Below are positions 22,987-35,214 of a stretch of 64,000 bases of DNA, in pieces. The number at the start of each line of letters is the position of its first letter. Position 1 is the first letter of the stretch. The stretch lies in the NCBI RefSeq assembly GCF_004010195.1, contig NC_057757.1, positions 8,753,014 through 8,817,013 on the forward strand, given 5' to 3'. The notes under the pieces are model-generated. The model saw nothing but the letters and a program-made list of their open reading frames with translations, was not told the DNA's origin and made no database searches. The translations under genes were made by a program, and so were the position numbers. The DNA is from Chiloscyllium plagiosum. Its lineage: Eukaryota.

Positions 22987-23510
22987 CTGTAAGAGAAAGT
23001 AAAAAGAACTTGAAGTTACAATTTAGATAAGCTCTGTGCCTGAGTCCAGAAAGTAAGTGAAAATTGCTATTCCATATCAAACGAAGTTTCAAAATTCTAA
23101 ACCTTAGCAGCAAACTCTCTCTGAATGAATTATTTGCACTTTTAACAGACAGAGGGAAGAACATGATCAGCAGATTACTCCGAGAAACACGGTCATGTAC
23201 TCAGTGCTTAATTAGGGTCCGCAGCTGTTTATTCCACCTGCTTTATAATTTACTGTGACTGGCTGGAGTTTCCCATAAGACCACAACATCCTCATAAAGA
23301 CACCACGGATCAATAAAACAAAGAATGGGAGACACATAATATTGACATTGATTGCACAATTCCTGTAATTTGTTAAGGAGTCGCCACTGCTCAGATTAAT
23401 CCAGAAGAGTATATCGACATGATATCAACTACAGTACAGGCCACTGAATCAATCCACAATGTTCAGGAATAGATGTCCTGCACAATATAAAAAAAGAGAT
23501 TATCCTCGTG

Positions 23511-23634
23511 TGATGAAGGGCTCATGCCCAAAGTGTCGATTCTCTGCTTCTTGGATGCTGCTTAACCTACTGTGCTTTTCCAGAAATCTATTCTCGACTC
23601 TGATCTCCAGCATTTGCAGTCGTCACATTCTCCT
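23511..23634 (+). mobile_element. Penelope terminal fragment (~125 bp)
   Basis: TGATGAAGGGCTCATGCCCAAAGTGTCGATTC...CTGATCTCCAGCATTTGCAGTCGTCACATTCTCC. Confidence 0.8.
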
Positions 23635-24149
23635 ACAGAATTGAACATCCTAACAATCTGTTCCATGGAAGTATTCAGCAGTGAATGCAACTGCCATATC
23701 CCAGGTTGGATAAACACCACAATCAAAAGAAATTCAAAGTTTGGCACAGACACCCCCACTTGTCCAAGACTATACACTGCAGACCCCACCCAAATGAAAT
23801 CTGAATCCATGCAGGATTTGTCATTGCAAATAGATGGTTTGGAAGTTACACACTTTACCTGGGATTAAGCAAAGTTTCCTGCCTGATGTCCAGGCTCATG
23901 TTTCCTCACCGAGGCCATCTCCTTCTGTACAGAGACCCCTCCCCTCCCAGATATAGAGTACAAGCTGGGGATAAAAATCTCCATATTTTACCCAGAACTC
24001 GCCGTGGAGATCATGAGAATTGTAACACAGCTTTTTGAGGACACCCAAGTATGTACTGTGGCTTGGTCACAAGACCTGCTTCTGTAGATTCAGGCCAATG
24101 CCAAAGATTAGAGGAGACATTCGCCAATGGATAAATCACTATTAATTAG

Positions 24150-24455
24150 GAGCTGTCGATAATGTTCTTGGGAGCTGAGTTTGATGTCCACAATTTCTGA
24201 TGTTGGAAATTCAATTCACTAATAATGTAGATATCTGATTTCAAATAATGATGAGTGATCAGTTGTCAATGGAAAACAACTCTCACTCACTAGTGTCCTT
24301 TAGGTACGAAATTATCCTCTTTATCTTGGCTTGCTTGCAACTGACTCCAGAACCACAACAAACTGGTTGACTCTTACCTGCACTCTGGGAAATTAGGGAA
24401 GTGTGGTGATGTTGTCATAACCAGTGAAACCCAAACCCATGCAATAAATAAAAGA
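24150..24455 (+). mobile_element. Degraded SINE, same family as 43235-43575
   Basis: GATAATGTTCTTGGGAG...CACTAGTGTCCTTTAGG...GACTCCAGAACCACAACAAACTGGTTGACTCTT. Confidence 0.6.
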
Positions 24456-24934
24456 AAATTGAGCTCCCCATTCACAGCCAGCACCCCGCTACAGATGACT
24501 GCTCCCTTTCTACACCATTCCATACATATCAAATGATCCCCTCCAGATTTGATCCACTTTTGAAGATAATGGATCCTCCAATTGATTCAGGTTGGTTTAC
24601 TGGAGTAGGGAGCACCAACACATCAACCAGTACCCATCACTGACAACCGAGGCAAAAGAAGACAATCGAGGCAAAAGAATCGGTCTCCTGGATTTAAGAC
24701 CAGCTAGAGTTGGGAAATTCATTAGCTTTGGCAAAATAACTCATGACACGGATTATCCACAGAGACAGCTGATACCCAAACTTGACAAAACCTCAGTATC
24801 ATGCATCCGGACTTTCACCTTGGGTATATCTCCTGTTCTCCGCCATACGAGACATTCTCTATGACACTGACCATCCTTCGGGATAACAGATATCCTCTTG
24901 CAGAGTTGGCAATGGGGGATTATTTTTAAATGTG

Positions 24935-25765
24935 AAATTTAATGGCCAGACCAATGTTCATATCCTAGCTCTATTCGCCCTTCTGATGGCATTGGAGAAC
25001 TGCCTGCTTGAACGTCTGCAGAAAACCCACAGTGTTTTGGGGGGAGAATTGCGGAACTTTTACCCCACAACAGTGATGCAATGACGATATTTATCCAGGT
25101 CAACATGAAATCTGGATTGACAGGCAGCTTTTATGCAGTGGTGTTTCTATGCATCTGCTGTCCTTGTTCTTGCACGTGTTTGAGGTCATAGGTTTGCAAG
25201 GTGCTGCTGAAAGAGACTTCACGTGTAACTGTTTTACATTTGAAGGTGAAATTCATTGCGGATCGCATGTGTCACTGGTGAATGGCGTGAGTACTGAATG
25301 CGGTGATTGGCATGCCTTTCGATCTGCTGTTTGTCCTCCACAATGTGGTGCTTTGTGAGTGTTGCACTCACTGTTGTATTTGAGCTACATGTGGGAAGAA
25401 TTCCGTCCTACCCCAAGCTTTGCTTTCTGGGTAGTGGACATTGATTGGAGAGGCAGGAAGGGAGCTTATTGCCACTGTAACCAGATTATCTGACAAAATC
25501 CTGTGGCTACTGCACTTGGCTGGCTGGAGCAGATCATTTTCTTGTCAATCATTGGGGCAGGTTGTTCAGAACCATGCATTCAGTAATATCATAATCAGCC
25601 AATGGGAGATACTTTGTGGAGACGATCACTGCCTGATGCTTTTGGGATGCGAATCTTACTTGTCAATTGTCAGACAAAGCTCGACGTTATCTCGCTGTAC
25701 AAGAATACAGCCGTCTTCATTATGTAAGGAGTAAATGGTGCTGAAAATTGTGCAATCAGGAATAA
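24935..25765 (-). mobile_element. Degraded L2/CR1-clade LINE fragment
   Basis: Begins with the family 3' end (GAACTGCCTGCTTGAACGTCTGCAG) and continues colinearly with 54390-54780. Confidence 0.55.
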
Positions 25766-25799
25766 ACCCCAACAGTTTTATTTATACCTCAACCTTTCT

Positions 25800-25840
25800 C
25801 TTGGAGAGACAGAGAGAGAGACTGAGACAGACAGACAGAC
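25800..25840. repeat. (GA)n/(GACA)n microsatellite
   Basis: GAGAGACAGAGAGAGAGACTGAGACAGACAGACAGAC. Confidence 0.8.
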
Positions 25841-26439
25841 ATCTGGTGGTGAGTTGAGCCGGATGATCACAGGGCTGGATGGCTGCTGTGTGATGTAGAG
25901 TTACACCAACAGCACAGGCTCATTTCCCACCCTGCGCAGAGATCACCTTGAAGTTCCCAACTTCTCCACCTCGTCCCTCCTCTAGGCATGGTCACTGTGG
26001 AGTATTTTGAAAATTGTGTCATTAAGCTCAGCATAACAAGAGTTAAACTGCAAATGTTAATTCCAAAAGGGAACTTGCAATTCCAATTGGAATCGTTTCA
26101 AAGCAGACATAAACATATGTCACAAATAGACTGCGGCCGAGAAATTGTGGTTAGGGTGTGAGGACCCTCTTATGAGTGTCATCTTGTGGTTAGGTTATGT
26201 GATTTCAGAGAGGATCATTTTTTGTTTACAAAATATATAAAGTCACAAAAGAAGAAGCGTGGTTGTGGACGTCTCAACTTGTAACCATCTAATCGTTATA
26301 TAATAAGAAATAAAGCCGGATTTTTAAAAAAAATCGCAGGCTCATTTTTAAAAAATAAATATCTAATCAACTTGGAATATTCTGTAAGATTGCAAAGATA
26401 ATGTTGGAAAATTGAAGAATCCCATCACCCTATCAGCAC

Positions 26440-27780
26440 CAGAGATAAACAGCATAGGTCGTTTCCCGAGGGTAAGGGAGCCCAAAACTAGAGGTCATCA
26501 GTTTAAGGTGAGAGGGGAAAGATTTAACAGGGTCCTCAAGGGCAGCTTTTTCACACTGGGTCATGCGTATATGGAAGGAATTGCCAATGGTAATTGCAAC
26601 GTACAGTTCGAAGTTTTAAAAATATAGTTGGACAGGAACTATAATAGGCATGGTTTAAAGGGACATGGACCAAACAAAATAAAATGTGACGAGTTCAGTT
26701 TGGCAAACATGGTCAGCACGGTTGAGTTGGACCAAAGGTCCTGGGGAGTGTTACTGAACAAAACTTGGGGTGAAAGTTCATAGTTCCTTTAAGGTTGTAT
26801 CTCAGGTACAGAGGGTAGTGAGGAATGTGTTTGATACATTTGCTACTAATTATCAGTGTAGTGAGTGCAGAAGTTGGAAGGTCATTTTGTGGCTGCACAG
26901 AATATCACTTGGGCTACTTTTGGAATACTGAGTTCAATTCAATACTGAGCTCTCACTGCTATAGAAAAGAATGTGAACTTGAAAGGATTCAGAAAATATT
27001 TACATCGATGTTGCCCAGATTAGATAGTTTGAACTACAGGGTGGGGCTGAATAGGCTGGGTTTATTTTCACTGCAGACTTGAAGGCTGAGGGGTGAACTT
27101 GTAGAGGTTTTTAAAATCATGAGGGACGTGGAAAGGGTGAATAGCTAAAGCCTTTCTTCCCCTAGAGCAGGGAATCCAAAACTAGAGCATATGAATCTAA
27201 AAGATGTTGTGAAACTTGTAAGGGTTCAGAAAAGATTTACAAGGATGTTGCCAGAGTTGGAGGATTTGAGCTATAGGGAGAGGCTGAACAGGCTGGGACT
27301 GTTTTCCCTGGAGCTTCGGAGGCTGAGGGGTGACCTTATAGTGGTTTACGAAATTATGAGGGGCATGGATAGGATAAATATACAAAGTCCCTGGGGTCAG
27401 GAAGTCCAGAAATAGAGGGCATAGGTTTAGGGTGAGAGAGTAAAGATATAAAAGAGACATAAGGAGCAATTTTTTCACGCAGAGGGTGGTACGTCTATGG
27501 AATGAGCTGCCAGAGGATGTGGTGGAGGCTGGTACAATTGCAACATTTAAGAGGCATTTGGATGGGTATATGAATAGGAAGGTTTTAGAGGGATATTGGC
27601 CGGGTGCTGGCAGGCGGGACTAGATTAGGTTGGGATATCTGGTCGGCATGGACAGGTTGGACCAAAGGGTCTGTTTCCATGCTGTACATCTCTATGACTC
27701 TAAGATGGCAAAGATTTAAAAAGGACGCGAGGGGCAATTTTTTTCATGCAAAAAGTGTTGCATCTATGTATGGAGGCTGG
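26440..27780 (+). mobile_element. Cluster of stacked/nested CR1 3' fragments (~26440-26735, 26736-27190 resuming at ~27700, young insert 27195-27700)
   Basis: Repeated ORF2 C-terminus (VQKRFTRMLPELEDLSYRERLNRLGLFSLELRRLRGDLI) and 3' UTR GGGTCTGTTTCCATGCTGTAC. Confidence 0.9.
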
Positions 27781-28409
27781 TGCAATTTCAGTTCAGACTT
27801 GATGCACTGAATGGACTAATTGTGCTCCTCCATATTATGGACTTTCCATGCATTTGCTGCTGTCCTACCTCTATATTACAGAGCCCACGGGTTGGAAAAT
27901 GCACTCTGGTCCATTTTGCAGAACTGTTACTATTAAGTGTATGTGGTGGAGGGAATGAAGGCTTGTGAATATGGTGTCAATCAAGTGGTTTGATTTATCC
28001 TGGATTGTATTAGAGCTGCACTCAGCAAGCCAAGTGGGAAGTATCCCATCACATTCCTAATTCACCATGTATGAGGACAGGCTTTGAGAAGTCAAGGCAT
28101 AAGTTAGTTTCTGTAGGATTTCAAGTATCTGACTGGCTCTTGCAAACATTGTATTTATTGATGCTATTAATCACCTTATTGAGAAATGGTATGTCACATG
28201 TATGGAAGAAGTGAGACTTAGCTGGGTGCTAGGGAATTTACCACTGAACCAGAATAACCCTGCACCCTGTGTTCATACTCATGGTCCTGTTCAGTTTTAT
28301 ATCATGAAATAGTCATGATGTTAGCTGCTTGACTGGGCTGCAAGCCTGAACAATATGACTGTACACTTCTCAAGAGAGTGGATTAGACCTGTGACAATTC
28401 AAAATGCAC

Positions 28410-30400
28410 TTAGATTTAGAGAAATTACAGCACAGAAACAAACCCTTAGTTCCAAATAACCCATATCCCAAATAATCTAGTCCCATTTGACAGCATATGG
28501 CATTTAAACCATTCCTATTCAAAAACCTATTCAGATGCCTTTTAAATGTTTCAACTGTGGCAGCCTCCACTATTTCCTCTGTCAGCTCATTACATGCACG
28601 CACCCATCTCTGCATGAAAACGTTGCACCTTAGATCTCTCTTAAGTCCTTCCTCTCTCAGCTTAAACCTATGGCCTCCAGGTTTGGATTTCACCACCTTG
28701 GGGTAAAGACCTTGGCTATTTTATTTGTGTCACTCATGAATTTATAAAGCTTTTTTCAGGTTACCTCTCAGTTGCTAATGGTACAGAGACAATACGACTC
28801 CAAGGAACCATTGTTCAGCAACACTCTCCAGGAGCTTACCATTAACAGTAGATGTTCTGCCCTGATTTGCCTTTCCAAGATGCATTGAATCACATTGATC
28901 TAATTTAAACTCCGTTTGGCAGTTCTCAGCCCATTGGCCCATCTGCTGTAATCTGAGGTAAACTCCACTGTTGACCAGTACACCACCAATTTTGTTATCT
29001 GCAAACTTATTAACTAAACCTCCTAAGTTCTCATCCAAATCATTCATTTAAATGACAAATGCAGCAGACTCAGCACTGATCCTTGTGCACACTGTTGGTC
29101 ACAGGTCCTCAGTCTGGAAAGCGAGCCTCCAAAATCACCCTCTGTCCTCTACGTTCAAGCCAGTTCTCTATCCAAATAGTTAGTTTGTGTATTCCATGTG
29201 ATCTAACTTTTCTAACCAGTCTACCACGAGGAAATTTATCAAATGCCTAACTGAATTCCAGACAGATCATGTTTATTGCTCTGCCTTCATTAATCCTCTT
29301 TGTTACTTCTTCAAAAAAACTCAACCGAGTTTGTGAGAGATGCTTTCCCAAACACAAAGCCTTGTTGACTATCCGTAATCAATCATTGCCTTGCCAAATA
29401 CATGTAAATCCTGTTCCCTAGGATTCTCTCCAACAATTTGACCACCACCAATGTCAGGCTCACAGATCTATAGTTCCCTGACTTTTCCTTTACTACCTTT
29501 CTTATATAATAACACCATGTTAGCCAATCTTCAGTCTTCCAGAATCTCACCTATGACTATCAATGACACAAATATTTCAGCAAGGAAATGACCAATCACG
29601 TTCCTAGCTTCCCCAGAGTTCTAGTGTCCACCTGATCTGGTCCTGGGGATTTATCCACCTTTATATGTTTTAAGCCACCCAGCAGCACCACCTCTATAAC
29701 ATGACATTTTTCAGGATATGACCATCTATTTCCCCACATTCTGCATCTTTCATATCATTCTCCCCTAGTTACACGTTTGTTCTTAATGTAGTAGAAGCTC
29801 ATTGGATTTTCCTAAACTCCATTTGTCCAAACCATCTCATGTCCCATTTGTCCTCGGGATCTCCATCTTATGGTCACGTCTACTGCCTTTCTATTCTTCA
29901 AGGGATTCAGTCGATCTTTGACATATGCTTCTTTATTTTTCTTGATCCAAAACTCAATTTTTGTAGTCATCCAACGGTTTTTACACCTACCAGCCTGGCC
30001 CTTTACTCGAACGGGAGCTTACTATCTCTGGACTCTAGTTTCCTCATTATTTTATGTTTTCCGATTTGCCAGCCGTCACTTTAACTCTGAGTTATCCTCA
30101 CCAGTACATTAGTCCCCTTCAGATTCAAGGGCAATCCATCCTTCAGAAAACGGTCGTTTCTATCCCAGAAGAGATTCCAATAAATCAAAACTGTGAATCG
30201 CTTTCTCCTGCAACAGCTCCTCAGTCATGCATTCTTCTGTTGTATCCTACTATTCCCACTATCAATAGCTCATGGTACTGGGAGTAAGCCAGAGTTTACT
30301 GCTATCAGAGACCAACTTTTTTATGTTCCTGCCTTACTTTCTATATTATCTTCTCTAAAACTCATCCTTTTCTCTTCCTTTGTCATTAGTTTCAATGCGT
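28410..30400 (-). mobile_element. CR1 LINE, decayed, with internal deletions
   Basis: MNDLDENLGGLVNKFADNKIGG and GHRFKLREEGLKRDLRCNVFMQR on the minus strand. Confidence 0.85.
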
Positions 30401-30440
30401 ACAACTGCCTCTTTTTGCTCCCATTTGCAAATAATCTGAT

Positions 30441-30557
30441 TCCTGATTAAGGCCTTATACTCGAAACATCGATTCTATTGCTCATCGGATGCTGTGTTTT
30501 TCCAGCACTACACTCTCGACTCTGATCTCCAGCATCTGTAGTCCCCGCTTTCTCCTT
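30441..30557 (+). mobile_element. Penelope terminal fragment
   Basis: CCTGATTAAGGCCTTATACTCGAAACATCGATTC...GATCTCCAGCATCTGTAGTCCCCGCTTTCTCC. Confidence 0.8.
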
Positions 30558-30989
30558 TGAGAATATACTTGCATCTCGCCAAGATATCCTTGATCCTGGC
30601 TCCAGCGGGGCAATATACCATGCTGATGTCTCGCTGTCGGCCGTAGAAACATCTGTCTGTGCCTCTGCTTTAAGCAATCAAATTCAACAATCAGAACAAA
30701 AAATATTAGCACCTACTCTCGCTGCCTTAGAGTCCAATAACATTAGTCCCAAATCGGAACTATAGAACAAATTCTGCTAAGAGCCCTCAAATCTGTTATG
30801 GACCAAGCCACACACCCTCAATACACTTTAAGAAGGTAGTCGAAACACTTTTTTTAATTTCAAGTTGGATGTGTCTGGGATATTCCAGAAGTGATGCTGC
30901 TGGTCAAACCATTCGGAATTAAGCAAAACACAATTTTAAAAACAAAATGGTTGAACCACAAACAACAAAAACAGAATTTAGAATTACTT

Positions 30990-33900
30990 AATTATAGAAC
31001 ATAGAACACCACAGCTCAGTACAGATTCTGGGCCACTCGATGTTGCACCAACCTGTGAAACCTATCTGAAGCCAATCTAACCTGGCTATTCCATTTCCAT
31101 CCATATGTTTATCCAAAGACTATTTAAATGCACTTGAATTTGATGATTCCACTACTGTTGCAGGCAAGCCATTCCACACCCCTATTGCTTTCTGAATGAT
31201 GAAACTACCTCTGACATCTTTCTTATATCTATCACTCTTCAATTTAAAGCTATATCACCTCGTGCTAGCCATCATCTTCCAAGAAAAAGAGGTTGCACTG
31301 TCCATTCCACCTAACCCTCTGATTATCTTATATGTCTCAATTAAGTCACTCTCAATTTTCTCTCGAAGGAAAACAGCCTCAAGTTTTTTGACCTTTCCTC
31401 GCAAACCATCCCTCTATACCAGGCAACATCCTTGTAAATCTTTCCTGAACCCTTTCCAAAGCTTCCACATCATTCCTATAATGCGGTCACCAGAACTTAC
31501 ATAATACACCAAGTGCAGTTGCATCTGATTTTTTTTACAGCTGCAGCATGACCTCACGTCTCCGAAACTCAATGTTTCTATCAATAAAAACTAACAAAGA
31601 GTGTGACTTCTTAACAACCCTATCAACCAGGGTGACAATTTTCAGGGACCTATGGACATGGACACTGAGATCTCTCTGTTCATCTATACTACCAAGAATC
31701 TTACCAGTAACCCAGTACTCTTCATTCTGTTGCACCTTCCAAAGAGAGTCACCTCACACTTTTTCACATTAAACTACATTTGCCACCGTTCATCCCAGTT
31801 CTGCAGCTTATCTATATCCCTCTGTTTCCTACAACACCCCGCAGCACTATCCGCAAATGTACCGACCTTAGTATCATCCGCAAATTTACTAACCCATCCT
31901 TTACACCTTCATCCAGGTCATTTCTTGCAGGACACTGCTGACCTCCAGAATGAATATTTCCCATCAACGACCACTCTGTTTTCTTTCAGCTCACGAATAT
32001 CTAATCCAAACCGCTAAATCACTCCCAACCCCTTGCCTCCATATTGTATGCAATAGCCTACCATGGGGAACTTTATCAAACGCCTTAGTTAACTCCATTT
32101 ACAAACGTTTTAAACTCATCCACCTGTATGGTCACCTTCTCAAAGAACTCAATAAGTTCTGTTAGGCATGTCCTATCCTTCACAAAACCATGTTGACGAT
32201 CCCTAATCAACTTTTTCCTTTCTCGATGATTGCAAGTCTATTTCTTATCACCTTTTCCAACAGTATACCCACAACCGAAGTAAGGCTCACTGGCATATAA
32301 TTACCAGGGTTGTCTCTACTCCCCTTCTTGAACAATGGAACAACATTTGCTGTCCTCCAGTCTTCTGACACTATTGTTGTAGACAATGAGGACATAAAAT
32401 CAAAGCCACAGGCTCTACATTCTCCTCCCTGATTTCTCAAATAACCGAGGACAAATCCCGTCCAGTCCAGGGGACATATCCATTTTCACACTTTCCAAAA
32501 TTGCTAAAACTTCCTCCTTGCGTATCTCAATCCCATCCAGTCTACAAGCCTGTATCTCAGTATTCTCCTCGACACATTGCCTTTTCTCAGGGTGAATACT
32601 TACGAAAACTATTCATTTAGTGTTCCCTCTGTCTCCTTTGACTCCACACACAACTTCCCACTACTATCCTTGAGTGGCCCGAATCTTACTCTAGTTATTA
32701 TTTTGCCTGATGTACCTATGGAAAGCCTTAGGGTATTCCTTGATCCGATATGGCAATGACTTCTCATAACCCCTCCTGGCTATTCTTCGCTTTTTATTTA
32801 GGTCTTTCCTGGCTAACTTGTAACTTCCACACGCCAGAACTGAGCCTTCATGTCTTATCCTAACAAAAGCCACTTCCTCTTTACTAAACCACCACTCCCT
32901 CGCTGGACAGTTTCCACCCTGCCTGACAGGTACATACTTATCAAGGACACAGTCGCCTTACCTTGAATAAGCTCCACATTTCAATTGAGCTCGCCCCCTC
33001 TGTTCCTTCCGCATCCCATGCATCCTTAATTTTGCCTAATCGCCTGATAATCACCTTTCCGCCAGCTATAACTCTTGCCCTGCTCTATACATCTCGCCCT
33101 TTGCATTACTAAAGTGAACGTAACCGAATTATGGTCACTATCACCAAACACCTGTCCGGCTTCATTACCCAATACCAAATCAAATGTGGCCTGGCCCTTC
33201 TTGGCCTGTCTAACATTGCGTCAGAAAACCCTCTTGCATGTATTGGACAAAAACTGAGTCATCTAAACTATTTGAACTATAGTATTCCCAATCAATATTT
33301 GGAAAGTTAAAGGCCCCCATAACAACTCCCCTGTCACTCTTGCTCCTATTGAGAATCATCTTTGCTATCCTTTCCACTACATTTCTCGACATATTCAGAG
33401 GCCAATAGAAAACTCACAACAGGCTGATCACTCCTTTCTTATTTCTAACCTCAGCTCATGCGATCTCAATAAATGAGTCCTCAAACATCCTTTCTTCCGC
33501 TGTAATACTGTCCATGATAAAAGTGCCACAACCCACACCCCGCTCCTTTTGACCGCCATTTACCATCTTCCCTGTTCTTACTGAAACATCTAAATCCAGG
33601 AAACTGCAATGCTTCAAGTTCTTCCACCTTATTCTGGATGCTCCTGGGGCTGTTGAAGTCAACACACTTCAAAAAGGTTTCTTGCTTTCTGGTGCCCTAT
33701 TGCGATCTGGAAACCTCATTTCTGACCTCATTACTCTGAACCTCATGTATACTGGAACTACAATTTCGGTTCCCATCCCCCTGTTGTATTAATTTAAATA
33801 CTCCTGAGGAGCCTTAGCAATTTTTTCCCCCAGGATATTGGTACCCCTTTCGTTCAGGTGAAGACCATCCTATTTGGACAGATTAAATCTACCCCAGAAA

Positions 33901-34700
33901 AATCCCCAATTATTCAGGAATCCATACCCTACCTCCTGCAACATATTGCAGCCATGTATTCAACTCCTCTCCTCACTAGCACGTCGCATGGCTAACAAAC
34001 CAGAAATAGCAACTCTGCTTGTTCTAGCTTGAAGCTTCCACCCTATTTTCCTGAATGTGTGCCTCCAATCTCCATTTCTCTTCTTACTTATGCCATTAGT
34101 GCATATTTGCACCAAGACTTGGGGCTGCTCCTCCTCCCATTCAAGGATCCTGAAAACACGATCAGAGACATCACAAACCCTGGCACCTGGGAGACAACAC
34201 ACCAACGTGAGTCTCTCTCTTTCCCATAGAACCTCCTATATGTCCCACTAACTATGGAGTTCCCAATTAGTAATGTTCTGCCCTTCTTCCCCCTTCTTTT
34301 CTGAGCAACAGGGACAGACTGCGTGCCAGAGTCCTCTGCTACTTTGACTACCTCTGGTAAATCTCCCCTCCAACAGTTTCCAAACGTTCTACTTGTTGTT
34401 GAGGGGAACGGTCACAGGGGAACCTGTCGGTTTCCTTTCTGTCCGCTGACTGTAACCCATTTACCATCTTCAAGTACCTGAGGTGCGACTACCTTCTTGT
34501 AACTCCTCTCAATAACCCGCTTCGCCTCCCGAATGATCCAATTTCCATCCAGATCCAGCTCCAGTTCTGTAATATGGTTTTCGAGGATCTGGAGTTGGGT
34601 GCACTTCCCACAGATGCAGACAGCAGGGACACTGGTGGTGACCCTTACCTCCAACATTCTGCATGAGGAACATTCGACTGCCCTGATCTCCATTCCCACT
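30990..34700 (-). mobile_element. Near full-length decayed CR1 LINE with ORF1 (zinc finger/leucine zipper plus SGNH esterase-like) and ORF2 (APE endonuclease plus RT)
   Basis: ORF1 remnants CSSCRMLEVR...CICGKCTQLQILENHITELELDL and VCCLPGARVCDV...VQICTNGI. EN remnant VVMGAFNFPNIDW. RT remnant EDWRTANVVPLFKKGSRDNPGNYMPVSLTSVVG. (ATAGAAC)n tail at ~30993. Confidence 0.93.
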
Positions 34701-35214
34701 GTTCTAAATTCCAAAGAGACTACTGAAAACTTTAAAAAAAACATAAAAGCTAGTCACCTTATCAGTCCAGCGCACAGAAACTTTAGTTTTGGTCAGACAA
34801 GGTTGATGGGTGGAAGAAACAATGCCAGTAATATTCCGGATACGCAATCGCCTAAATATAAAGCCTCACTGACCCAGCAGGCCCTTGTCTACTGCTGCTC
34901 AGCATGCACTCTGCCTATACATGTGGTAACCTTTTATATTTTAAACTTAATCTTCCCATCAAGCAACTGGCCTTCTCTGTCACTCCTCCTAATGCAACTG
35001 CGCTGAATAAATGTAGGAGTGAAAACATACATTCCAAAAATGAATTGTTTGAAACCCAACCAACTCAAAGTCACAACAGAATGAAGGAGCTGTTCCAATA
35101 CGCAACACCCCAAAGCCAAATAGAAAATTTAACACAGGTTCGTACAGGCAGAGATTGCAGAGAGAAGACTCAGGTCAGAAACATCTGTTGAATCATGGAG
35201 CATTTTCCATTTGG

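Larger units (their letters stand above)
16550..23340. repeat. Segmental duplication unit 1 (GPCR exon 2 plus 3' flank), paralogous to 42635-46545
   Basis: Colinear non-coding matches, e.g. 16580 CAAATAATACATTGTCAGTTATT vs 42663 CAAATAATGCATTGCCAGTTATT, and 23264 GGAGTTTCCCATAAGACCACAACATC vs 46469. Confidence 0.9.
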
